This document shows, in pieces, positions 1-10,499 of a stretch of 64,000 nucleotides of DNA; position 1 is the first letter of the stretch, and every line of letters starts with the position of its first letter. The stretch is taken from NCBI GenBank assembly GCA_010356995.1, contig ML996710.1, positions 92,455 to 156,454 on the forward strand, given 5' to 3'. The translations under genes were made by a program, and so were the position numbers. Below the pieces are notes generated by a model. It was given only the letters and a program-made list of their open reading frames with translations, ran no database searches and was not told the DNA's origin. This DNA is from Trichodelitschia bisporula (taxonomy: Eukaryota).

Positions 1-885
1 GCGGCGCCGACGGAACACCGGAGCCCCGTCGATCAAGCGCAAGAGAGCCCACCCCGTAAACAGGCCGAACGGAATCGTAAGTCCGAGACCCAGGGCCACG
101 GCACGGTGCGCGAACTCCGACGAGATTTGCTTGCTGGAGTACAGAGCGCCGTCGGGGGAGAGAGGGTCGACATAGGGGCCGGTGCTGGTGGGGAGGAGGC
201 AGGTGGTGAGACTGGCGCTTGTGGTGATGGTGGGTGGAGCGTCGGTGGGGATGATTGGGAGGTCCGTGTCCGTGTCTGTATTGAGCGTTTCCTGGGAGAT
301 GGATGTGCTGAGCGTTGTCGAGGGCGACGTCGAGGAGGACGGCACAACGACCGACACGACCGACGACTGCTGGCCAGGCGGAGCGGACGACGACACGGCC
401 ACAATCACGCTGGACGACTTAACCGGCTCCGGGGCCACAACCGACACCGACGACACTGCGGCCGCCGAAGTCTCGACCTTGCTAATCTTAAAGACCGACT
501 TCGTCCCCGGCGTCGGCTTAACCATGCTCGCCTCCACCGTGTGCCCCTCCGCACCACCGCCCGACTCATGAATGGCATCAAAAGGCGGAAGCAGCTTCGG
601 CATGTTGCTCGCAGTGACCGTGCTCTGCTCCGGCTTGATCTTGACCATACCCGTAACCACGGCGGAGACGATGCGCGTGGTTTCCTGCAGGGAGAGGGCT
701 GAGGCGAAGACGGCGGCGGGCGGCGCCATGGGAGCTGCGGCGGGCGGGATGGATGCGGCCTCTTTGTGGGTGCGGGAGGCGGGGATGGTGGTGGCCTTTG
801 GCGAGGGGGCCGGCTCCTCGCTGGCGTAGGTGAAGAGGGCGGACGGTGCGTTGGTGTAGATGGAGAGGGCGTTTTGCGCGGACAT
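1..885 (-). CDS. Ser/Thr/Pro-rich protein with C-terminal transmembrane helix (partial; runs off window start; true 5' end/exons uncertain)
   Basis: Minus frame appears open from ATG at 885 (MSAQNALSIYTN...) to base 1; S/T-rich stalk then AVALGLGLTIPFGLFTGWALL followed by RRRR; possible upstream splice donor GTAAGT at 1066. Absent from ORF track because no stop in window. Confidence 0.55.
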   Translation of the reverse strand, partial: MSAQNALSIYTNAPSALFTYASEEPAPSPKATTIPASRTHKEAASIPPAAAPMAPPAAVFASALSLQETTRIVSAVVTGMVKIKPEQSTVTASNMPKLLPPFDAIHESGGGAEGHTVEASMVKPTPGTKSVFKISKVETSAAAVSSVSVVAPEPVKSSSVIVAVSSSAPPGQQSSVVSVVVPSSSTSPSTTLSTSISQETLNTDTDTDLPIIPTDAPPTITTSASLTTCLLPTSTGPYVDPLSPDGALYSSKQISSEFAHRAVALGLGLTIPFGLFTGWALLRLIDGAPVFRRRR

Positions 886-2714
886 GTTTGCGGGTGGTTG
901 TGAGAGTTTGGTGGCGGTGGGGGGCATCTGGGTGGGTTGGTGAGCGGAGTCTCGGGAATGGGTGAGGGAGCGTGTGGGGATGTGGGGGAGAGAGTTGGTG
1001 AATGCGGTGGAGGAGGGAGTTTGTGGGCGGCGGAGGAGGGGGCGCTTGTTCCGGAAGCAAACTTACATGTACGGCGGCGGGCGGCCCGGAAATAATCCAG
1101 GTCCGGTATAGTCTGATGGTGGAGTTAGATGGTGGTGTTAAGGCTGATGTCGGTTGGGCTGTATGATGGATTCATAGAAGGGTAAGTGTTTGCCTCTCCG
1201 GCAAGTTCGAAGGCCGCCATGCTATAAGTTTGGTGTATGGTACTCGGCTCGGCCTAGTCTAGTGCGGAAGTGGAAATCATAGAAGGTAGGTCTCAAAATC
1301 GGCCTTGCTGTCCACGGGCCAACAGGACCTTCGGTATAGATGCGCCGGTGATGTTTATATCTGTAAGATCCAGCCGCCGCAGATTCCGGTGACTTGCTGA
1401 GCTTGACGTCCTCCGAGGCGGGGTTTCGGTCGGACTCCAAATGAACGGCAGACGAAGGCTGGTATATATCTAGAACGTTAGTAATTCCACGCTGTCAAAA
1501 ACGCAGGGCTCTTCCCCGCGTTTGTCATGGTATTCGCGCAGCTTTTTTATGAATTCCTCATATTCTGGCGTTTTCTCGATGGCTACGGATGGACCGGCCA
1601 CCGAGCTGCGGCGCGGAGGTATCGTAAATAAACGTATATATACTTAAGAATGTTGAGTAACGTAAGTTAGCTCCGGACAGCTAGGAAGTTTACAATCTGA
1701 GGGATGGTTGATGGTTTTGACGTTGCTGAAGGGTGTAGCGCATTCGGGCGCAAAATATGGATCTGCGGCCGTCGAATGTCGTAACCGTGGTTGTATATAG
1801 AGCGACTACGGCCGCCGCCGCCGCCGCAATTGCCGTTGAAGCCTCGATGATAGGCATTGCGGTCGCAACAATAGCCGAACTGGTTGTCACTACGATAATT
1901 AGTACTATTGGACGGAGAAGTTCCCCCTTACATCTCATATTCCTTATTACTGGAGAGGGAAAGCTCGGAGGAGTCGGAAGTTTGGTACCTGTATGGAGAT
2001 GTTCATACAGTACGTCTAGTACTGGCTAGGCTTATCCTTTAAACGAAAGCCGCCCTCACCTACGGCTAATTGACATTCATGGCCATCTCGAGCTCGTGGG
2101 GCCTGGGAAGCGTTAGGGTTTGCAGTGGCTTCTTCAAACCCTTTTATTTGGGCTTGTTCTGGGTCTAAAACTTCTGTACATTCTATATAAAGGGCCGGGA
2201 GAAAAGACAATTGAAAATTATTGAAGAAGGTCGAGGAAAATGGGGAAGGGGAGGGAAAAGTGGTGATGGAGGAGGAAATGTTAAAGGTTAACGATTAAAG
2301 AAGTGGTCAGGGAACTTGGTAAGAGGAATGGTTCACTGATTGAGGCCCCGCTTCGCTCGGCTTCAATTATTCTCCGGACTCCCGTGCTCCTTCCCCCTCT
2401 GTCGTCTGAGGGCTGGGTCAAATCTTCTCGAGTTGCAGTAACGTGATTGACCCCAAGTTGCAGTAACGTGACCGGCTCCCGAAGATGAAGATGAAGATTA
2501 CGATCATGATCAAAGGCGCCGGGATGGTTCGTCTGCATACTACCGTAAAGGTCGCCGAAAACCACCATATGTTGACCGAAAACCAATACTCGCCTTAGCA
2601 GATGGGTAGGTTAATGACCTCAACCTAAGTAGAAGCGCTCGGCTTTTACTTTAGGTCGGAGGTTCAACAACCTCCCACATCCCCTAGTATTAACACCGAG
2701 AGCACAACGCTGAG

Positions 2715-2990
2715 CGCAGTGGCCGGAGCAGTGGCCGGGGGCGGGAGGCAGGAGCCGGAGCCGGGAGCCAGGGCCTGGAGCCGAAGGCCGGAGCAGAAGT
2801 CGGGAGCAGGAGGCAGGAGCAGCGGCTGGAAGCCGAAGTCGGGAGCAGGAGTCGGGAGCAGGAGGCAGGAGCAGCGGCTGGAAGCCGAAGTCGGGAGCAG
2901 GAGGCTTGAACAGCAGGCCAGAGCTGTGGCCGGAGCTGTGGCCGGAGTAGTAGCCAGTGCCGTAACCGGAGCTGTGACCGAGAGCACGGC
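2715..2990. repeat. Degenerate GC-rich tandem repeats (GAAGCCGAAGTCGGGAGCAGGAGGCAGGAGCAGCGGCTG and GTGGCCGGAGCT units)
   Basis: Units visible directly several times in 2715-2990. Confidence 0.8.
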
Positions 2991-4457
2991 GCGGGGCCGA
3001 AGGCTGAGAGGTACTGTTTGTGAAGGAAGGTGGGTTTCCGCCGAGAGAATTATGGAACAGGTGATCGCCATCCATATAACACGGAGGGCCCTCAGACATT
3101 CTTGTCACACGCCTGAGAGTCCTTCCCGGTCTTTTTGAGCCTTCAAGCTTCCACAATACAGGGCTTATGAACAGGTACGACGTGCGGACACCAACCACCA
3201 TGGGGTCTTCTCCTCAGATCCACGATGGAATGGGGCGAGGGTCTAGTGAGCCTGCAATGCTGGAAGTATACGCCAGGGCCTAGATGTATTTACCCGACCT
3301 TCGGGGGCTTTGAGGAGCAGACATGGAGGGTGTAGCTATGGCACGGTATGTCAGCAGGCAGTGAGTTAGGCAAGTGAAAGTGTTCGAATTATTGAAGAGA
3401 GGGAAATGAAGTCCCCAGATCCACATATGGAAGTTATATAAAGAGGGCAATGGCTCGCCCCCTGATGCAAAGCCTTGCATCTCACACTGTGTAAATTGTG
3501 GATCTTCTATCGCAGACTCGGTTCCCAAAAGAACCCGTGCACTGGCGAAACATCATAGTCGCAGAGGCGAGGAAGCTGCGGTAGCATCGTACCTCACGAT
3601 ACGTGGTGTGCGAGCCGTACGAAGGACTCAAGAAACGTATACTGCTTTGGCGAAGGCCCATATCCTAACAAAAGATCAGCAAAACTGAAGGAAACGACAG
3701 GTGGTACACTCACAACTTGGAGTACCTTCTTGACGATCCGGACTTTGCGCAGCTTAACCTTGTATTTGCTGCTATGGCCGCCGTGCTTGATTTGGGACCG
3801 GGCCCAGAAGTCCGCTGGCCAGTAACTACATATGCAGTCTTGTTATAGTTGACGAGAGAAGGGGGGAAGTGCGCGGTAGTTGTAGCTGGTGGCTGTTATA
3901 TACCGCCCCAGAAGCGCCTCGATGAGGCGCGGCGGAGAGACTGAAGATCCGGGCAGGGATGTCCGGGCGGCGCCATTCATATGTTGCTCGAGCTCAGAGT
4001 GTTTGTGAGGACAGCGCAAATCGGTATATCGTTCGACAGTCTTGAATGGCGGGGCGGTTCGTAGGAGCGGCAATCCTCTTCCGGACTCAAAGAACTTCTC
4101 AATCTTGACATCGAGGCCAGCATCAGAAGCCAGGTTTGGAACGATGCAATCAATGGCAGAAGCTCACTAAGATGACAGTAGAGAAAGCGGCGCGGCGGTA
4201 TAAAAGAGGGTGACCTTCCCGAGCCACGTCGAGAGGCGTCGTGACCGGAGCTAGGACGCCGGGCTTTAGGATGGTCTTTGATGTGCCTACAGCACTGAGC
4301 TGAGGGTTTGGGACCGTATATACCTCGCCGGACCGTGGGGGGCTCGTTGAGGACATGGGGAGATTGACGCATATTTTTTTGGCCGAGCGGCGGCGGCTGG
4401 ATGATGCGCTTCAGAGCCATAGCAATGCGCTTGAAGATTGTTAAAATGAAGTGTGAA

Positions 4458-4579
4458 CATGACTGAGTTGCTTATTTGACTAGCAGTGGGAGGTGAGCTG
4501 ACTATATACCTCGCCAGGAGACGACCTCTGTCTCTTGGCTCCACTCCAGCCTCCCCAGGTTGCCGCTACAAATTCAGCA
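4458..4579 (-). mobile_element. Inverted 5' part of copia-A LTR
   Basis: Reverse complement aligns with the first ~120 bp of the solo LTR at 18590-18775 (TGYTGAA...GGCAACCTGGGG...GGTATATAGTC...TCATG). Confidence 0.85.
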
Positions 4580-4599
4580 AAGATCATATATGGCTGCTA

Positions 4600-4850
4600 G
4601 TTCAACCATGATTGATGGGTTGACGAGGAGCAAAGGAGTGGTTGTGGCTCATGGCAGAGCGAAGCTGCATGATAGCGAAACTGCATGATAGTGAAGCCGG
4701 GTGAGAAATTTGCCTCCAATAACCAGGTTTTTTCGGGTGTCCAAACAGCGTGGATCCAGCCAGAGGGGATGAGCATGGTGTCTCCAGCGGACAAATCAAC
4801 GTGATATCGCTCGTGGGTATGATTGGGGAGCCACGTAAACTTCAGTGAAT
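4600..4850 (-). pseudogene. JHD1: JmjC histone demethylase (JHD1/KDM2-like) fragment
   Basis: HVDLSAGDTMLIPSGWIHAVWTP motif; frameshifted and without the rest of the gene. Confidence 0.75.
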
Positions 4851-7382
4851 CATGGACAGACCTTCGGTCTAACATGTGATGCTGTGATGTTTCCATTGAC
4901 CACACATCTCCTTTTAACAGGTTATGAGCCCGGAATGCTTATTCTACACAATCAGCTAAGTATTCCTACAAAATGAACAAAGACCGATGAGATATCATGT
5001 ACAGCAGCTTAACCGCTGCTTCCACTGCGCACAAAATCGCATGAACTCAAAAATCTCAACTCAAACTCCTGGCCAACTCAGACATGGTCTGCCAAGGCCG
5101 TGAACGGATAAAAGCTAAGCAAAAAGAAAACAAAGTACCCCGCACTTGAGCTCCGTCATTCACCAATGAATCAGTCCTAATGGAATCACCTGATTTCTCA
5201 AAATCCGGGTGATTGGGGGCACCATCAACAGCCGGCCACCGTTCAACATTGCAGCTGAGTGCTGCTTGAGACCTCCGGTCAGCTCGAGGCGTGCAGCTCT
5301 CCAGCTGTCCGAGAGCTGCAATATGCAGGTGCTCAATTTCCTTGGGAAAGGCCGAGGCGAGCAACGATCATCTGCTCGAAACTTGCAGCCAGCAGTATGC
5401 GGGAAGACTTGTTGTCGTTCCATGCTCCACTGCCTCGACATATGAGGTGACGTTGATCATCTGTTCGAGGCACGCAACCATCATCTTCAACCTCCAATTT
5501 TGGTCCTGCAACAGTTCTGCCTCTATCCCCTTTACCTTCCACTTCCGACTGGCCCCAACCTTCCTCCTTTTCTCTCTTTGATCGAAAGGAAAGAATCTTG
5601 TCCCACCTCTTCTCTTGTCCCTGCATTCCTCCTGAAACACACCTTGCTGCAGAAACGACGCTCCCCGGACGAGCATTATGGCTGACCAAAAGACCCTTGG
5701 CGCCATCTCCGCTCTTTCGTCGTTCGGAACCGTCGCAAAGCTCGAATCATCAGTCGGATGGAACAAATGGCTGCGCGAAATCTCAGACCACCTCACCATG
5801 AACGGATATGGAGATCTGTTCACGCGCAACAAGTTCGAACCAGCCCAAGAGGGCTTGACGCCATTGGAATGGGACGCTAAAGGGGAGAGGTGGCAAGACA
5901 AGCAAGAGAGGCTTATGGCGGCAGAACGGGAAGAGCAGGCCCAGCAGATCCGGGACGAATACAAAACTGCCCTTCTGGCCAAGGCTCACCCCTCAGTCCC
6001 TGCTCCCAGCACTCCGGCTGCAGGTGAGAAGACTTTGTCCACATGGTCCCGTACCAGGGACGACCGCTCAAAGGCATTGGAGGAAAGCTCCTTCAACCCC
6101 AAGGAATCGGCATGATGAGACTCAACTGCAACTCGCGGGGAAGAAAGGTGCAACTCCTCCTGAAGGATGCGCTGTTCTGCCCCGATATGGGCGCCAACCT
6201 GATCTCCGTGTCACAAATCCTGCGCCGCGGTTCCAGGCTCACCATGACCTGGACAAAGGCCGAATTCCTCGGGTCTCAACCGCTCACCGCACGTCAAGAA
6301 TGCGGACTTTTCCTCCTCGACCTGTGGGAAGAGCCGGTTCAACATGGACTGCTCTCTCGCAAGGACGGCCTTTGCGGAGCCAAAGGAAAGACCCTCCCGG
6401 TTCAGCCGCCCACACCACGGCCCCGACCGGACCGGACCTACAAACTGTCTGATCCGAACATGCTCCTTTAGCACGACCGGATGGGCCACCTGGGCAAGCA
6501 GAACCTCCGCAAGCTCGCGCAAATGTCCTACGGCATGCTTCCAGTCAAGGAAGGTTGCCTCTGCGAGCCATGTGCACTTAGCCGGATGAGGGAAGTACCG
6601 CACAAGACGTCCATGGAGCGAGGGAAGTACCCTCTGGAGCTCATCCACACCGACATTGGTGGACCCTTCTCTGAGCCTGGACACGATGGATCGAAGTATT
6701 GGGCCACTTTTATTGATGACTACACCCAGTACGCATTTGCCGAACCCATCGAGCACAAATCCGACTTCTTCGGATGCGTGACGAACTTCCTTGAGCGACT
6801 GGAGCGGCCCGAACGGCGCTGCCACTGGATCCGGCTGGACAGAGCAGGAGAGAACAGGGACGGAGGTTTCCGCGCCTTTTGCGCCGACAGGGGCATCAAG
6901 GTCGAAGAGTCCGGCACTGAGCAACACCAGCAAAACGGCGTCGCCGAAGTGTACAACCGCATTCTCCTTGACAAGATCACCCCAACACTCATCCGCTCTC
7001 GCCTGCACCCGAAATGGTGGCCCGAAATCATCCGTGCCGTCGTGATCCTTCGGAATCTGAGCCCCAGCTCCGTCATAGACACCACACCCTACGAGGCTTG
7101 GTTTGGCGACAAACCCGACCTTTCATTCGTCCGTGTGCTTGGGAGCGACGGCATCGCCAGACTCCCGGACAATCGAAACGGCAGACGGGCCCGCAAGATG
7201 TTCGATGCAAAAGGCTTCCGGTGTAGGCTCTTGGGATTTCGAAGGCTCACGCAACTACATCATGGTCACTAAAGACGGCACCATCATGCGCACTCCGAAC
7301 GTCGTCTTCACGGAGAAGCGCTATCATCACGAAGGACTGGAACAGCCCATCACCTCACCCGAAGAAGCGTCAGAGCTTCCAT
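4851..7382 (+). mobile_element. Ty1/copia element A, forward arm: 3' part of LTR (4851-4919), PBS (4920-4931), deleted gag (5678-6000), GAG-pre-integrase and integrase (6043-7382)
   Basis: LTR end ...TTTTAACA then GGTTATGAGCCC; LL*HDRMGH, CEPC, LELIHTDIGGP, QQNGVAE, LSFVRVLG motifs; stops and frameshifts. Confidence 0.9.
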
Positions 7383-9351
7383 GCAGCCGTTGAGACATGT
7401 GAACTCTGATAACATCGTCCTCGGCCGAGCCATCTGGGGTTGCACCGTCCAGGGGCTGACTGAGTGAGCGGGCGCCGTTTGGGCTGACCGAATGGGATGG
7501 AGTTCCGCTTGGCAAAGGGTATGCAGGCGGATCAGTGCCGGCTTCCCAGTCTCCCCCACCATTTGCGAGTGGAACTCCATGCTGAGGTGGCGGTGCGGAT
7601 GGAGGCTCTGACGCTTCTTCGAGTGATGTGGTGGGCTGTTCCAGTCCTTCGTGATGATAGCGCTTCTCCGTGAAGACGACGTTCGGAGTGCGCATGATGG
7701 TGCCGTCTTTAGTGACCACGATGTAGTTGCGTGAGCCTTCGAATCCCAAGAGCTTACACCGGACACCTTTCGCATCGAAGATCTTGCGGGCCCGTCTGCC
7801 GTTTCGATTGTCCGGGAGTCTGGCGATGCCGTCGCTCCCAAGCACACGGACGAATGAAAGGTCGGGTTTGTCGCCAAACCAAGCCTCGTAGGGTGTGGTG
7901 TCTATGACGGAGCTGGGGCTCAGATTCCGAAGGATCACGACGGCACGGATGATTTCGGGCCACCATTTCGGGTGCAGGCGAGAGCGGATGAGTGTTGGGG
8001 TGATTTTGTCAAGGAGAATGCGGTTGTACACTTCGGCGACGCCGTTTTGCTGGTGTTGCTCAGTGCCGGACTCTTGGACCTTGATGCCTCTGTCGGCGCA
8101 GAAGGCGCGGAAACCTCCGTCCCTGTTCTCTCCTGCTCTGTCCAGCCGGATCTGGTGGCAGCGCCGTGCTCCAGTCGCTCAAGGAAGTTCGTCAGGCATC
8201 CGAAGAAGTCGGATTTGTGCTCGATGGGTTCGGCAAATGCGTACTGGGTGTAGTCATCAATAAAGTGACCCAATACTTCGATCCATCGTGTCCAGGCTCA
8301 GAGAAGGGTCCCCCAATGTCGGTGTGGATGAGCTCCAGAGGGTACTTCCCTCGCTCCATGGACGTCTTGTGCGGTACTTCCCTCATCCGGCTAAGTGCAC
8401 ATGGCTCGCAGAGGCAACCTTCCTTGACTGGAAGCATGCCGTAGGACATTTGCGCGAGCTTGCGGAGGTTCTGCTTGCCCAGGTGGCCCATCCGGTCGTG
8501 CTAAAGGAGCATGTTCGGATCAGACAGTTTGTAGGTCCGGTCCGGTCGGGGCCGTGGTGTGGGCGGCTGAACCGGGAGGGTCTTTCCTTCGGCTCCGCAA
8601 AGGCCGTCCTTGCGAGAGAGCAGTCCATGTTGAACCGGCTCTTCCCACAGGTCGAGGAGGAAAAGTCCGCATTCTTGACGTGCGGTGAGCGGTTGAGACC
8701 CGAGGAATTCGGCCTTTGTCCAGGTCATGGTGAGCCTGGAACCGCGGCGCAGGATTTGTGACACGGAGATCAGGTTGGCGCCCATGTCGGGGCAGAAGAG
8801 CGCGTCCTTCAGGAGGAGTTCCACCTTTCTTCCCCGCGAGTTGCAGTTGAGTCTCATCATGCCGATTCCTTGGGGTTGAAGGAGCTTTCCTCCAATGCCT
8901 TTGAGCGGTCGTCCCTGGTACGGGACCATGTGGACAAAGTCTTCTCACCTGCAGCCGGAGTGCTGGGAGCAGCCGCTCTCGAGGAGGTAGACCGATTGGA
9001 GTCGTTCGCCGAGTCGCTTGGCTTTGTGCGCCCTGACCTTCAGCGAGCTGTGCACACTCATGTACATCAAGGCCGGTGCATCCTCTTCGGTCCCAGATTC
9101 CCAGGCGTGGGTAAAGCCGGCGACTGGAGAATCGGCTTCTGTAGCTGGCGTTCTGGCTTGCCTCGCATCGCGTGTCCTTTTCTGTGAGTCTCTTTTTCGC
9201 TGCCGATATTTTGCCAGTTGCTTCCTTTTTGCCTGTTGTGCATGCTTGAGTTCCGGGTGCAATTCGAAGCAGCCGTCCTTGGTATGCCACGACCCTCCAC
9301 AATAATCGCAGCGGGGGATCGAGTGGTAAGCTTTGGCCAGTAGGGCGGTTT
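7383..9351 (-). mobile_element. Ty1/copia element A, inverted arm (gag zinc knuckle, protease, integrase)
   Basis: 7599-8972 is the near-identical reverse complement of 6000-7382; extra gag CDYCGGSWHTKDGC knuckle and LLESGCSQH protease-like motif. Confidence 0.9.
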
Positions 9352-9555
9352 TGTTGGCGGAAGTGCTCAAAGAATTGTGTGAGAAAAGATTGATTGCCCA
9401 GCTTGTTACCTTCTCTAGTTTACAGAATGAACAGTACATATGTCCGTGATGGTCCTCCAGGATGTTTCTGAATTTCATCGGACTCCGGCGTCGTCCATCT
9501 TCGCCACTTCGGTGTTCGCCGTGCCAAGCCTGCCTTTCGGGTATCCCGACATTGG
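9352..9555. mobile_element. Truncated copy of the 214-bp LTR family
   Basis: Matches 15540-15753 and the reverse complement of 35961-36174; last ~11 bp and TSD missing. Confidence 0.85.
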
Positions 9556-10499
9556 CTGGCCGACTGCAAAGACGTCACCGATTTCGCGCAGCGGCTCGGT
9601 CACGCATACCACGAACTTGTTGCCCTTGACGCTTCCGTCGAACTGAGCGAACACTTCCTTGTCAACAAGTTCCTCAACGGCCTCGGCGGAGATTGCGGCA
9701 ACTTCATCACAGCCTTCGAACAGAACCACTGCCTTCTCCCGCTGCGAAACGCGGGGAAACTCATCACCACGGCCGCAGTGTCCTTCAGTACTGTCCGTAA
9801 GACCGTTCAAGAAGAGGAGCACAAGAAGAAAGTGAGAAGGGAAGACTCCGCAGCATTTCTATCCGGAGCGATGCCTCCAAAATCATCCATTCGAAGAAAG
9901 GAGTGCACAGATTGTGGGCGTTCAGGCCACACGACGGACGAATGCTGGGAGACACACCCTGAGCTCAAGAAGGCGCACGACATCAAGAGGGAAAGGAAGA
10001 AGGGAAAAGAGGCGGAGAGAAGAACGGACAAGAGGGCAAGGTTTGAGGGTGGGGACGAAGGCGAGGAAGATAGAAGAAAGTCGGTGATTCTGGCACGTCA
10101 CCAAGACCATTGTCACGGATCTGGCTTCCTCGCTGTTGATGACAAGAACGCCGACGGATGATGTGTTTGCAAACGCTGTTACCGAGCGGACGGCGATTGG
10201 GTGTTCTTGGGTGCTTGACTCAGGCGCCTCGACACACATGACCTGCCGCTTGGACGACTTCGTGGACGACTACGAAGCATTCCCACCAGGGAACGTGCAG
10301 ACAATCAACGGCGTCGGCGGGTCGCGTCTGCGAACGGCGGGGAGCGGAACCGTGCGGGTGCAGTGCAGACACGAGGGGAGAATGGTGGGGTTGCGCCTTG
10401 AAAAAGGTCTGTACTGTCCAGAGCTTGGGGCCAACCTGGTTTCCATCTCCCGGTTGCTGCAGTCTGGGGCCCAGGTTGTGTTGGAAGGTGCCCAAAGAC
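9556..10499 (+). mobile_element. Ty1/copia element E remnant (gag C-terminus, protease); target of element B
   Basis: CTDCGRSGHTTDECWETHPEL zinc knuckle; WVLDSGASTHMT protease; cut at the LTR starting 10500. Confidence 0.85.

Noticed and set aside
3218..3247. Third Helitron-like end (GGGTCTAGT on + strand)
   Set aside because: The hairpin is only 4 bp and the spacing differs from the other two; could be chance.
6469..6471. Programmed stop-codon readthrough in pol
   Set aside because: The TAG replaces the conserved Trp of the WHxRxGH motif; a point mutation is simpler.
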